Virus record (IMG/VR): IMGVR_UViG_2894097338_000001 | Span: 32,001-96,000 of that record | Source: a virus | Lineage: Duplodnaviria > Caudoviricetes | Direction: 5' to 3' (one strand) | DNA: 64,000 nt | Part shown: in pieces, positions 1 through 9,578 of the stretch | Layout of the letters: each line of letters opens with the position of its first letter | Numbering within the stretch: position 1 is the stretch's first letter | Made by a program: the position numbers and the translations under genes | The notes under the pieces: generated by a model | Told to the model about the DNA's origin: nothing | The model's input: only the letters and a program-made list of their open reading frames with translations | The model's database searches: none

Positions 1-3
1 TAA

Positions 4-1320
4 ATGGTTAACATTAAAAATGCAGCATACGACGTTACTGGAAAAGTTGAACAAGAAGACGTCAGATATCATTTCCAAACAAACGCAGGTATGCTAACAG
101 TTCTCGATGAGAAGAATGAAATCGTCGGCAATCTATCAGACCTATTAATGAAGGGTATTCCATTAGATGGCGTAGATTATAAGACTTTAAAGCTAAAAGG
201 ATTGTATGGTATTACTAATATCAAAGGTATAGATCCTGGGTTGAAAATAGAGGTTAATAAAATGAGCCTTTTATCAGTCACTCCTTATGGAGAAATCAAC
301 AATCCAAAAATTGTGGTCTATAAATTAATCACATCTGATGGACGAGTTTTTGACAATGTAATGAATGACGGAAAAGAAGTCGGATGGACATCTGGCGGGA
401 AAGAGTTAGAAGCTACGTTGACAGAAATCAAAAATGTAACTGGTAGTATCGATGATTTAAAGACTACTAACAAAGATAGTTTAGCATCGGCAATAAATGA
501 AGTTCATGATGCCTCTAGGAAAAATAAAGAAGCTCTCAAAAAGCACGAAGAGGACTACGCGGAGTTTAAAAAGCACAATCATGATGATCATTACATAAAG
601 CGATCTGGTGGTAATATCAAAGGAACCATAAGTATTGATAATAACGTTGATGTAAATGCCAAAAATGCTAGAAATGAAGAGGTTCGAGTAGCACATGTTT
701 CAGCAACAGATCTTTTTAGTTTAGGTAATAAGAAGCTTGGACTTGATTTACTTGGTAATGGAGACTTTAAATACAATGGAAAAAAAGTTTGGACTGAGGT
801 CAATCATGGAAAAGATAGCGGTTTAGATGCCGATAAAATCGGTGGTGTAAGCTATAAAAAAATACCGATACTCGATAGTTCTAATACGTTTGAGGAAAAT
901 ATCACTATTAAGAAGTCTTTAATTGCCAAGGATTTTAAGCTTGGAGAAAAGGCTAATATCTCAGCAGATGACAATGGTCGAATCACAATTAAAACAGGCG
1001 GCCTTAATACTGTGGCGTTTGAAACAAATGGACAGATGACAGCAATGAATCATATTCTAATGAATGCCAAGAACAACGAAGTTGGCTTTAAGTTAGCATT
1101 AGATAATGACGAAGTTGGTAAAGGTATGGGATTCTATAGAAACGGTGGAAGTAGGTATCTTGGTGTTTACAATTGGAGTAAAGGTAAGCGACTTGCGTAT
1201 TTTAGCGACACCGATGAAAGACTCTATCTCGATCAATCTATTTCTATTCAAGGAAGAAAACTATATTTACAAAGTGGTCAGCCACCAGTCGGTAAGGCTG
1301 GAGATATCTGGATTAAGTAA
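4..1320 (+). CDS. Tail fiber / distal tail protein
   Basis: 438 aa. Carries fiber-like motifs (TTNKDSLASAINEV, HNHDDHY, DSGLDADK, C-terminal GDIWIK) and lies just upstream of the lysis genes. Confidence 0.7.
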   Translation: MVNIKNAAYDVTGKVEQEDVRYHFQTNAGMLTVLDEKNEIVGNLSDLLMKGIPLDGVDYKTLKLKGLYGITNIKGIDPGLKIEVNKMSLLSVTPYGEINNPKIVVYKLITSDGRVFDNVMNDGKEVGWTSGGKELEATLTEIKNVTGSIDDLKTTNKDSLASAINEVHDASRKNKEALKKHEEDYAEFKKHNHDDHYIKRSGGNIKGTISIDNNVDVNAKNARNEEVRVAHVSATDLFSLGNKKLGLDLLGNGDFKYNGKKVWTEVNHGKDSGLDADKIGGVSYKKIPILDSSNTFEENITIKKSLIAKDFKLGEKANISADDNGRITIKTGGLNTVAFETNGQMTAMNHILMNAKNNEVGFKLALDNDEVGKGMGFYRNGGSRYLGVYNWSKGKRLAYFSDTDERLYLDQSISIQGRKLYLQSGQPPVGKAGDIWIK

Positions 1321-1332
1321 GGAGGTTGACTA

Positions 1333-1995
1333 ATGGCAGGTATTTATAGAAGTGATGGTAAGAAATGGCATGAAACCACCGACGTTTTTAGAAGTGACGG
1401 TAAAAGGTGGATTAAAGCAGAAGTTATGAGAAGTAACGGAAAAGGTTTTAGTAAGATAAGCGAGCAAAGATACGTTAAAACATTTGAGTGTACCTGGAGT
1501 CAAAGTTATGGTGGCTCTGGAACACAGAAACCAAACTGGCTTGGTGGCAATACAATTTGTCACCAAGGTCGATATGGAGCTCCTTATACGGCGGAATATG
1601 ATTGGGGTATTCAAAAATCCATGATTGGATTTGATCATGCGGCAATCAGAAGAGAGTTAGCTGGTGCCAGGATAGAAAAAGTTGAAGTATATCTTAGAAA
1701 TGAACATTTCTGGTACTTTGCTGGAGGATATTCCGTACTTGGTTATCATAACTCGGCAAGTAGGCCTAATACGTTTCAGTATACAAAAAACCAAGTTAGA
1801 AAAGATTACTACAAAGGTCGTGGAGAAGCTAAATGGTTAGTAATGCCGAATGAGCTTGGCAATTTATTAAGAGACAACAAGGCGAAAGGGTTAATACTCT
1901 ATGCGCCAACAACTATTCTAGATTATTATGGGTACTTTTATGGTGCGGGCGGTGGATCTAGTCGTCCGAAAATAAGAATCACCTATGTAAAATAA
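1333..1995 (+). CDS. Minor tail / fiber-associated protein
   Basis: GGAGG RBS. Aromatic- and Gly-rich protein ending RPKIRITY, between the fiber and holin genes. Confidence 0.55.
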   Translation: MAGIYRSDGKKWHETTDVFRSDGKRWIKAEVMRSNGKGFSKISEQRYVKTFECTWSQSYGGSGTQKPNWLGGNTICHQGRYGAPYTAEYDWGIQKSMIGFDHAAIRRELAGARIEKVEVYLRNEHFWYFAGGYSVLGYHNSASRPNTFQYTKNQVRKDYYKGRGEAKWLVMPNELGNLLRDNKAKGLILYAPTTILDYYGYFYGAGGGSSRPKIRITYVK

Positions 1996-2010
1996 AAACA
2001 AAGGAGGAAT

Positions 2011-2370
2011 TTGAAAATGATTCAAATTCAAGAAGCAGTAGTAAATTTAGTAGTAGCAGGAGTTGTAGGTGTAATCACCTATGCAGCGCAACGTGTAGGA
2101 TCATATTTTAACGCTAAAGGAATTGACAAAAAACTTAATTCTAAGAGAGCGTCAATTGACATTGCAGTTAACGCGGTTGAGCAGATTGCTAAAAATGAAG
2201 GAATCGACAACAAGTTCGAAGAAGCTAAAGATCAAGCTATTGAGATTTTACGCGCCAATGGTCTTAAAATTTCAGAAGTAGAGCTTAACGCTATGATCGA
2301 GGACTCTGTTGCGGCAATGAAAAATGGATACGTAGCTGGTTTAAATAAAAACGAAATGGGGGTGGCATAA
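2011..2370 (+). CDS. Holin (LL-H-like)
   Basis: Single N-terminal hydrophobic segment, AVNAVEQ and IEDSVAAMK motifs, upstream of the endolysin. Confidence 0.8.
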   Translation: MKMIQIQEAVVNLVVAGVVGVITYAAQRVGSYFNAKGIDKKLNSKRASIDIAVNAVEQIAKNEGIDNKFEEAKDQAIEILRANGLKISEVELNAMIEDSVAAMKNGYVAGLNKNEMGVA

Positions 2371-2371
2371 T

Positions 2372-2590
2372 ATGTTTGAAATTAATGACATCGTAACACC
2401 TGTCGACTTACAAAAGGTTTTAGATGACAAGTATCTATCACCTCGTAGCAAAGCTATCATCGAAGAAAGCAGCAATAAGGCAGTCGTTAATCAAATTCAA
2501 GATGGTTTAATCTATGTTAGTTATTTCAATACGGCTGGGGACGATCGTATTACACAGGTTTACAAACCAGAAGAATTAAAATTAGTCTAA
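2372..2590 (+). CDS. Hypothetical protein in the lysis cassette
   Basis: 72-aa ORF closely packed after the holin. Confidence 0.6.
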   Translation: MFEINDIVTPVDLQKVLDDKYLSPRSKAIIEESSNKAVVNQIQDGLIYVSYFNTAGDDRITQVYKPEELKLV

Positions 2591-2649
2591 GGGTATAAGG
2601 TGAAATAGGGAACTTCTTTCAAATAAAAATTCGAAAGAGGTAATATTGA

Positions 2650-3780
2650 ATGGCAAATTGGAATGGAGTTCCTTACAAAGCACAACTAGTAGCATCAAGT
2701 AAATGGGGTACAAAATGTCCCTACGCATTAAACGCAAAGAAAATCACAATCCACAACACGGATAATAGCGCTACAGCTCAAAATGAAGCAGATTATCATA
2801 ACGGAAACTGGAATGAAACATCGTTTCATATCGCTGTAGATGACGTTCAAGCAGTGCAGGTTATTCCTTTTAATCGTAATGCTTGGGCTTCTGGTGATGG
2901 TGGTAATGGGTACGGTAATAGAAACACGATTCATATTGAAATCTGTAAAAACTATGACCGAAACCGTAATACAACTAACTTACTTGCTGGACAACAATCT
3001 CAGTATGTAAAAGCAGAAGCAAATGCAGTGAAAATTGCTGCAGCAATTATGGTTCAAGAAGGAATTGCAGCTCATCCAGATAACGTTAAGCGTCACTATG
3101 ACTGGAACGGTAAATGGTGTCCTTCTAAGATTCTTAATGAAGGAAGATGGAACACGGTACGTGCTTTAATCGTTGCAGAAACTCAAAGATTGAGCGGAAA
3201 ACCTGTTACACCAGCACCAAAACCAACTGCTCCTAAACCTGTAGCACCGTCTACTGGATTAAAACGTGGAACGATTGCTAAATGGGCTACTCATTATCAA
3301 ACTGGTCAAAAAATCAGCCCGTTTGTAATTGGAAAAGCTTACAATATTATTCAAACTAAAAATGTAAGTCAATCTAAAAGTAAGAAAGCTTACCTAATGG
3401 CAGGGATTATGAGTTGGGTATTAGAGCAGGATCTTGTTGAATCTGGCATTAACATTGCAGCCAAACCGTCAACTCCAGCACCAAAACCAGCTGTAACTGA
3501 TCGTTGGATTTCTAAAAAGGGGACAGCAGTAATTACAACTCCAGTTGGAATTAAATTACGAGGAACATCTTCTGGAGATCATGCAAATCCAATTAATCTT
3601 GGTCAACTAGCCCTACTTCCAAAAGGTAGTTCAGTTGTTTATGACAAGATTCTTGTTCAAAAAAATGGACATGTTTGGGTTAGACAACCAAGAAGTGGCG
3701 GATATGGATGGATGCCAGTATCTGATACTAAAAATGGTGTTGCAACTGGCGGTTACTGGGTGTCTGGTGTTTCAATCTAG
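2650..3780 (+). CDS. Endolysin: N-acetylmuramoyl-L-alanine amidase (Amidase_2, XlyA/CwlA-like) with two cell-wall-binding domains (C-terminal SH3-like)
   Basis: ITIHNT, SFHIAVDD, IHIEIC and RHYDWNGKWCP zinc-amidase motifs, with Pro-rich linkers PAPKP between domains. Confidence 0.92.
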   Translation: MANWNGVPYKAQLVASSKWGTKCPYALNAKKITIHNTDNSATAQNEADYHNGNWNETSFHIAVDDVQAVQVIPFNRNAWASGDGGNGYGNRNTIHIEICKNYDRNRNTTNLLAGQQSQYVKAEANAVKIAAAIMVQEGIAAHPDNVKRHYDWNGKWCPSKILNEGRWNTVRALIVAETQRLSGKPVTPAPKPTAPKPVAPSTGLKRGTIAKWATHYQTGQKISPFVIGKAYNIIQTKNVSQSKSKKAYLMAGIMSWVLEQDLVESGINIAAKPSTPAPKPAVTDRWISKKGTAVITTPVGIKLRGTSSGDHANPINLGQLALLPKGSSVVYDKILVQKNGHVWVRQPRSGGYGWMPVSDTKNGVATGGYWVSGVSI

Positions 3781-3800
3781 TTAAAAGCAAGTCTTCTATA

Positions 3801-3840
3801 AGGGGGGTGGGTACCAATTTACCTTGACTCCCTCCTTTTT
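3801..3840 (+). terminator. Probable intrinsic terminator after the endolysin
   Basis: Imperfect stem aggggggtgggta...taccttgactccctcc followed by a T run. Confidence 0.55.
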
Positions 3841-3896
3841 ATACCTTCTATATTTTTGAAACATAAGTATCTACATCATTTTTTATCTTTGTTCTC

Positions 3897-3925
3897 TTGA
3901 CAAAGGGAACGTTTGTTCGTAAAAT
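3897..3925 (+). promoter_or_regulatory. SigA promoter with a LexA (SOS/Cheo) box in the spacer
   Basis: TTGACA (3897) - 17 bp - TAAAAT (3920). The spacer contains GGAAC-GTTT-GTTCG (3906-3919), matching the Firmicutes GAAC-N4-GTTC box. Confidence 0.85.
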
Positions 3926-4002
3926 GAGAACATAGAAAATTTAATTTGCGGCTGGGATTGTCTGTTGAGTTTTCTGAATATCTTAAGGAACGAGGTTTTT
4001 TA

Positions 4003-4191
4003 ATGGAAAAATACTCTATTGATGCGAGCTTAGAATTTAAAATGATGAACTATATGGTTCACCAAATGACACATATAAACTTTGCTGCTATTATTCTAGT
4101 TGATCAGATAGCAAAAAGTGATGATTATGACGAGGACGTGATAAAAACTGCAAAGGATATAGTCAAAATGTCTGACCTGGCTTATATATAG
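4003..4191 (+). CDS. Small SOS-regulated hypothetical protein (62 aa)
   Basis: ATG at 4003 with a GAGG RBS, downstream of the LexA-box promoter. Confidence 0.6.
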   Translation: MEKYSIDASLEFKMMNYMVHQMTHINFAAIILVDQIAKSDDYDEDVIKTAKDIVKMSDLAYI

Positions 4192-4218
4192 TAATTATTT
4201 AAACGTGTTATGTAAACC
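4191..4218 (+). other. Second, degenerate dif-like site (intact XerD arm)
   Basis: TTATGTAAACC at 4208-4218 is identical to the right arm of the 4300 site. The left arm GTAATTATTTA is divergent. Confidence 0.5.
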
Positions 4219-4299
4219 AAGTATGATATCAAAATCTAAATATTGGGTTAAAATGCTTATTATATAGGTGTTTTACCCCTCTTTTATTTTTTTAAAACT

Positions 4300-4327
4300 A
4301 CTTCGTATAATATATCTTATGTAAACC
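4300..4327 (+). other. dif-like XerCD recombination site
   Basis: ACTTCGTATAA-TATATC-TTATGTAAACC, 24/28 identical to B. subtilis dif ACTTCCTAGAA-TATATA-TTATGTAAACT. Confidence 0.85.
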
Positions 4328-4618
4328 AACTAAATAAAAACCTAATATTTTAGAAAATATAGTGTTCAGAGAAGGTTTTTAACCGATTTAAAAAATTTAG
4401 ATGAGTAGTTAGTAGTTCTGTGTTAAAAAGAATCAGAATCCTCTTGTAGTAATTACTGGCGAAGTGTATCAAAGTCAGTCACCTAATTTTTTGTTTAAAT
4501 ATGGTCTATTGGTATTATAAAAAAGCTCTTAGAAAAATGAATTTCCAAGAGCATAGTATTATTAGTTTAGATATTACTTTAAATATAATTTATTTATATT
4601 TTGTATCAGGCCATCTTA

Positions 4619-5866
4619 TTAATTAAATAGATTTGTTATAGAGGAGACTGCTCTATAAGTTACTGGCTTTTCCCCTATCTGTTCAATGAGGCCTTTCTCT
4701 AAAAGAACTGCTTCTATTTTTCTCATCATATAAGGAGAGATATCTTCATCGACAGAATCAATAATATCTCTTCGTGATAATACTTCTCCAGGATAGTAAA
4801 GTAAATGGTCAAAATATTTTTGAAAGACTTCAAAGGCAAAAGGAACATCTAATAGTTCTTTTTGATAGTTAACTTTAGCTTGATAGCGTAACTGATTATT
4901 TTGTTTTAATTCAAAAACTATTTCTTTTTGAATATCTAAAAGTAATTCTAATAACGCTATAACAAAGAATGTTCCTTCACCAAAATTGTCTTCTTCAGAA
5001 ATGGTTAAAAAAGCTTTTTCGTATTTAGGACGATTTGTTTTAACTGCTCGAGACATAAGTAAACTAGAAACAATATCCAATTCTTTTGCTAAGTAATTAG
5101 ATAAGATAAAACGACCTACACGACCTACACGACCATTACCATCAAAGAATGGGTGAATGTATTCAAACATGTAATGAGAAATAATGATTTTTAGTATATT
5201 GGGAAATTCTTCATCCGGCATATTAATAAAATTAAGCATCGTTGCTAGTTGCTGTTCAATTTTGTCAGGATCTTCACCAAAATGCACTGCTCCACTTGTT
5301 CCACCAACTTGAACAGAATCAGTTCTAAAGAGTGAAAACTCATCTAATTGATTATCAGAATCAACTTCTGGAGATACTAAGTCATCGTAAATTAAACGAA
5401 TATCAGCTGGAGTTTGGATTAATTTACTCTCACCATTAGCAATTTCAGAATAAAGTTTACTAAGACCATAAAAACGATGACTTTCATCGTTTTTTTTGAT
5501 GGCTTGAATAGCTTCACCTAGTTCCTTACGAGTACTTTTAACACCTTCGTATTCGTTCGTTGATTGCATTTCTTCTATGAGTAAATAGTGTAAGTAATCA
5601 TCAATTTGCTTCTTAGAAAGATGTTCCAAGAGAACAGATAGCTTCGTTGATTCCTTATGACATTCGCTTACCAAGTATGTTAGCTTAGGTAGATTATTGA
5701 GGAAAAGATTGTATTCAGTCCCTTTAATCTTAAATCCAATTTTTTTGTTCATGGGGCTAATTATAAAATTAGTTTTCATTGATGAATAAGAGTTAAATCT
5801 TTTATGATATTCTTCTTTGACATCAATAGTTGTATATTTTGACTTGTAAATTTCATTATAAGACAT
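4619..5866 (-). CDS. Fic family protein with C-terminal winged-helix-like domain
   Basis: Fic motif HPFFDGNGRVGR, followed by an extra VGR. Confidence 0.9.
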   Translation of the reverse strand: MSYNEIYKSKYTTIDVKEEYHKRFNSYSSMKTNFIISPMNKKIGFKIKGTEYNLFLNNLPKLTYLVSECHKESTKLSVLLEHLSKKQIDDYLHYLLIEEMQSTNEYEGVKSTRKELGEAIQAIKKNDESHRFYGLSKLYSEIANGESKLIQTPADIRLIYDDLVSPEVDSDNQLDEFSLFRTDSVQVGGTSGAVHFGEDPDKIEQQLATMLNFINMPDEEFPNILKIIISHYMFEYIHPFFDGNGRVGRVGRFILSNYLAKELDIVSSLLMSRAVKTNRPKYEKAFLTISEEDNFGEGTFFVIALLELLLDIQKEIVFELKQNNQLRYQAKVNYQKELLDVPFAFEVFQKYFDHLLYYPGEVLSRRDIIDSVDEDISPYMMRKIEAVLLEKGLIEQIGEKPVTYRAVSSITNLFN

Positions 5867-5879
5867 AAAAGAACACCTC

Positions 5880-5929
5880 TATCGTTAAAAATGTAACTAT
5901 ATTTTAACGATATAATCTTGGTTTGTCAA
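5880..5929 (-). promoter_or_regulatory. Fic promoter with overlapping inverted repeat (putative operator)
   Basis: Minus strand TTGACA-17-TAAAAT (5929-5901). An 11-bp IR tatcgttaaaa/ttttaacgata spans 5880-5912. Confidence 0.7.
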
Positions 5930-5936
5930 TTTATAT

Positions 5937-5980
5937 AAAAAATCTCTGATTCATTTTTATAATGAACCAGAGATTTTTTA
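5937..5980. terminator. Terminator ending the WxL operon
   Basis: aaaaaatctctgattcatt...aatgaaccagagattttt hairpin flanked by A and T runs. Confidence 0.75.
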
Positions 5981-5988
5981 ATAGATTA

Positions 5989-7026
5989 TTAGATTTTTTT
6001 TCTTCTTTTCTTTTTCTTTATTTTTTGTTTTAGCTGTTTATTTTTCCAAATTAAATAAAAAACTAAACCAATAAAAGTAATCAGAACTAGTGACAGTATA
6101 ATTGTAGACCACGGTAAACTTTTTTCTTCTTTAGAAGCAACATTTGAATTATTTAATTTGTTTGCTTCTTCTTTTTCTACAGAAAATTGAAGAGTTTCAT
6201 CCCAAACATTATTACCGGACTTTACTTTAATTTGTGCGTTGTAGTCCCCTGCTAAAAATTTTTTATCATTTATTGGGATAACAAATGAAAATAAACTATT
6301 GGGAGCAATTTTTATAGAATTTTGCTCTCCTTTCATAAAGGTTTGTTCTTTATATTTAATATCATAAGTGAGTGTTACATCTTTTATATATGTGGCTGTA
6401 ACATTTTCCATATTGACTTCAATCGCATTACGTTCGTTATTATGAATAGCTTTAGCATCATTAAAAATAATATTTGGTGTAATCTCTTTTGTACTATTAC
6501 TCAGTAAAATAGCAATTTCCCTCGAGAGAATATTACGAATTGTATTTGTTGCCTCAGATTGAGGGATTTCTATTACGTATAAGGCGCCAGCTAAAGTACC
6601 AGAAAATTCATTTTTAGGCATTTTTACGGTTAAAGTTACTTCCTTTTTTTCGCTGGGGGCTAAATTTACCTCTTTATCACTAAGAGTGATTAATTCTTCA
6701 ATGTTGTAAGGAGCGGTTTTTGAATTATCCTTGTTAGCTCCAGAATACTCAACAACACCATTTTGATTAGTTATAGCTTTATTTATTGAAAGGTTTAATT
6801 TGATTTTTTCGTTAGAATTATTTTCTAAGATAACTGTTAAATGTTCTTCTTGCTCGGGTTTTAATAACAAATCAAAATATGATACATCTTTATTAATTTG
6901 ATATTCTGATGGAGCCTTCTTAATATCGAATTTGTTAAGAACATTATCTGCTAAAGCTATATTAATTGGAAGGATAAATAAGAGTAATAATAAACCTATC
7001 AATGGGTAACACTTTTTAATGTTCAT
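5989..7026 (-). CDS. WxL-interacting protein (DUF916/DUF3324, CscA-like)
   Basis: Signal peptide, SYFDL and AITNQNGVVEY motifs, IAPNS, C-terminal TM segment and basic tail. Confidence 0.9.
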   Translation of the reverse strand: MNIKKCYPLIGLLLLLFILPINIALADNVLNKFDIKKAPSEYQINKDVSYFDLLLKPEQEEHLTVILENNSNEKIKLNLSINKAITNQNGVVEYSGANKDNSKTAPYNIEELITLSDKEVNLAPSEKKEVTLTVKMPKNEFSGTLAGALYVIEIPQSEATNTIRNILSREIAILLSNSTKEITPNIIFNDAKAIHNNERNAIEVNMENVTATYIKDVTLTYDIKYKEQTFMKGEQNSIKIAPNSLFSFVIPINDKKFLAGDYNAQIKVKSGNNVWDETLQFSVEKEEANKLNNSNVASKEEKSLPWSTIILSLVLITFIGLVFYLIWKNKQLKQKIKKKKRRKKI

Positions 7027-7064
7027 AAGATTACACCAAATCCTTTTTATATTTTAATTGTTGA

Positions 7065-7796
7065 TTAAGGTGTTTCAGAAACAACCCAGTTAATATCGGC
7101 AGTATATAAAGCTGTTTCTTTTACAGTATTTGCAGGGATTTCCAACTCAAATTTATCTAGTTTGAGTTTGGTCATTCCTGCACCATTGCCAGCAGAAGCT
7201 GTTAAAAGACTTACTTCTTGGTTAGTTGGTGCAATATTTACAATAGAATTAGGAACACTAATACCTGTTGTAGAAATATTGTTCCATAAGTCACCAGTAG
7301 TAATAGATAATAATGTAGAACCTAAATTTTTTGTAGGAGTAGCAGCTATTGCAAATGGTTTCTCTTGTTTAACTTTAACTTCCCAGTTACCTTCTTCAGT
7401 ACGATTATCTTCAACAAGTAAAGCGCTCACTGTTTGACTAGCTGAATTGTAAGCAGCTGACAACTCATCAAAATCGGTTAATCCTGTCGTATCTACATTT
7501 TTAGCAATCCATTTTTCTTTAGCTGTCGTTTGATTGATATGATATCCGAAGTTTAAATTTTTAGGTAAACGACTGTTCATATTTCCACCAGGTTGTTCAA
7601 CTTCTGGTAGCCCAGTCTCAGGATCGATAGGTTTTGTAGGATCTGTTGGGTCGACAGGGTTAGGATCGATAGTTAAGGCCCCTGTTCCGTACTCAATCTT
7701 ACCTTCAGTATTTGCATTTTGAGCTGCCAATGTAGTAGAACTAAATAGGATACATCCACTTAATAATCCTGTTATTAATAAAATTCTTTTTTTCAT
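7065..7796 (-). CDS. Small WxL-domain surface protein (CscB-like)
   Basis: Signal peptide, LNFG, VEDNR...GNWEV and C-terminal YTADINWVVSETP. Confidence 0.9.
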   Translation of the reverse strand: MKKRILLITGLLSGCILFSSTTLAAQNANTEGKIEYGTGALTIDPNPVDPTDPTKPIDPETGLPEVEQPGGNMNSRLPKNLNFGYHINQTTAKEKWIAKNVDTTGLTDFDELSAAYNSASQTVSALLVEDNRTEEGNWEVKVKQEKPFAIAATPTKNLGSTLLSITTGDLWNNISTTGISVPNSIVNIAPTNQEVSLLTASAGNGAGMTKLKLDKFELEIPANTVKETALYTADINWVVSETP

Positions 7797-8101
7797 TTTA
7801 AATTCCTCCTTAATTGGTATATAGCATAAAAAAATAGTAAAAAGCCAATCAACGACATGCTATAATTAATAGTGTCATTTGTTTGAAGTAACCTTTGTTT
7901 GTTTTTATTTACATCAGAAGTAATTATTGTTTTTGGAAATGATGAGATAGTATCTTCTTTTTCCTCTACCGGTGGTACAAGTGGCTTGCTTTCTTCTGTA
8001 TTTCCCTCAAAAAATTGAATTTGCCCTTCAGTTGTAGTTGCTTCTAATTTTAGAGGGAATAAGAAGATTAATAAGATGATAAATAGATAATTTTTCTTCA
8101 T
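7793..8101 (-). CDS. Small sortase-anchored protein (CscD-like)
   Basis: Signal peptide, LPxTG-like LLQTN, TM segment and basic tail. Confidence 0.75.
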   Translation of the reverse strand: MKKNYLFIILLIFLFPLKLEATTTEGQIQFFEGNTEESKPLVPPVEEKEDTISSFPKTIITSDVNKNKQRLLQTNDTINYSMSLIGFLLFFYAIYQLRRNLK

Positions 8102-8112
8102 AAACTCCCCTC

Positions 8113-9537
8113 CTAAGGTCCATTAGATGCAGTCCAAATAAATTGTGCTTGATAGACACCTTCGTCTTTCTTTAGATTTTTAGGTATAAATAGTTTGAAT
8201 GTTTTAATATCAAATTGTAGAGAACCTCTTCTATCTAAAGTGTTTAACTCGAGTAGTACTTTTTCGTTTTGATCTGTAATTTCTAAGTAATCCGCAGTGT
8301 TTGTAAATGGGTAATTAATGTCTGTGTCTTCAAATCCTGTATATGTTAGCTCACCCCCATATAATTTTAAAATAGAATTTTGTAAAGCAGATTGTTGATT
8401 TTTCCAATTAGATGTTTGTTTTACTTTGATTTGCCAGTTCTTTTCCCCAGACGTCGTATCTGTTAATGAAATTTTTCCTGTTGTAGGGGCGTCTTCTTGT
8501 TCACCTGTACTAGTTGCTATCCATTCCTCGTTATTGAGTGTTTGAATAGTATGTTTTCCAAAATTTAAATTAGTAGGTAAGGCCATGTCAGAATAACTTT
8601 CTTGTTTAAGTGCTTTTAAATATATTGAGCTAAGACTGTTTGAATCTTTAAAAACATCCAATTCAATGACTTCAGTTTGTACAATATGCATATGGAAGTC
8701 TTTTTTTGATATACCGTTAATATCTCCATAAATATCATGTTGAGGTTTATTTATGGTTGTTGGGAATACAACTTCTGTATTACTTAAAATAGAAGCATTA
8801 GCTAGGCTATCTAGCAATTCCGCAGATGGATTAGCAAGTGCATTTGATAAGTTATTTATTGCTGTTGTAAGGGGGCCAATTAACGCTCCTATTAAAATAT
8901 TTCCAGATAGTCCTTTTAAAATGTTTTGTAGCTCAACTACAACACCTTGTAAATTATGAATAATGGCTGATACAAGTCCTGTTTCATAGTCAATTAATAA
9001 ATATGAACCATGATTTAAAATATCAGCTGTATATGAAAGTCTGCCTAAATTAAACAGCCTATCAAGTAAAGCGGAAATTTGTTTAGAGATTGGAAGAACC
9101 AACCCTAAGATTCCTAGGATATCTTTTAATAATTTTGAAATAGTCCCCAATAAACCACCAATTACAGGTGCTTTTTCACTTAATAGGACATCGACTTCAA
9201 TTTTTGCTTGTCCATTAGGAGAAACTTCTCCTATTAATTCTTCGGGAATAACTAAAATCACTTGCTTTTGTCCGTTTAGTATATTTACATCAGTAAGTGC
9301 TTGGCCAGTGACCTTAAAATCAACATTTTTTTTATTTGAAATTGGATCAAAAATGAGTGGTGCTTGGTAAGTAGAATTTGAATTATTTGTACTAACCTGA
9401 TTAGTAAATAGTTCAATACCGATTAAAGACGTTTGCGCATAAGAAATACTTGACAGTAAAAAAATATTTGAAATTAGCAATAACAAGAATACAACAACAA
9501 TTTTTTTCTTTTTTTCATCTGATAAAAGTGTTATCAC
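8113..9537 (-). CDS. Large WxL-domain surface protein (CscC-like, putative adhesin domain)
   Basis: Signal peptide, amphipathic helical middle region, LNFG, NWQIKV and C-terminal YQAQFIWTASNGP. Confidence 0.85.
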   Translation of the reverse strand: MITLLSDEKKKKIVVVFLLLLISNIFLLSSISYAQTSLIGIELFTNQVSTNNSNSTYQAPLIFDPISNKKNVDFKVTGQALTDVNILNGQKQVILVIPEELIGEVSPNGQAKIEVDVLLSEKAPVIGGLLGTISKLLKDILGILGLVLPISKQISALLDRLFNLGRLSYTADILNHGSYLLIDYETGLVSAIIHNLQGVVVELQNILKGLSGNILIGALIGPLTTAINNLSNALANPSAELLDSLANASILSNTEVVFPTTINKPQHDIYGDINGISKKDFHMHIVQTEVIELDVFKDSNSLSSIYLKALKQESYSDMALPTNLNFGKHTIQTLNNEEWIATSTGEQEDAPTTGKISLTDTTSGEKNWQIKVKQTSNWKNQQSALQNSILKLYGGELTYTGFEDTDINYPFTNTADYLEITDQNEKVLLELNTLDRRGSLQFDIKTFKLFIPKNLKKDEGVYQAQFIWTASNGP

Positions 9538-9578
9538 AAAGTTCTCACCTCCTTTTGAATAAACTGTATTTTAAGGAT

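Noticed and set aside
4-1995. Diversity-generating retroelement or tail-fiber inversion system
   Set aside because: No reverse transcriptase, TR/VR pair or inverted fiber cassettes are seen in the window.
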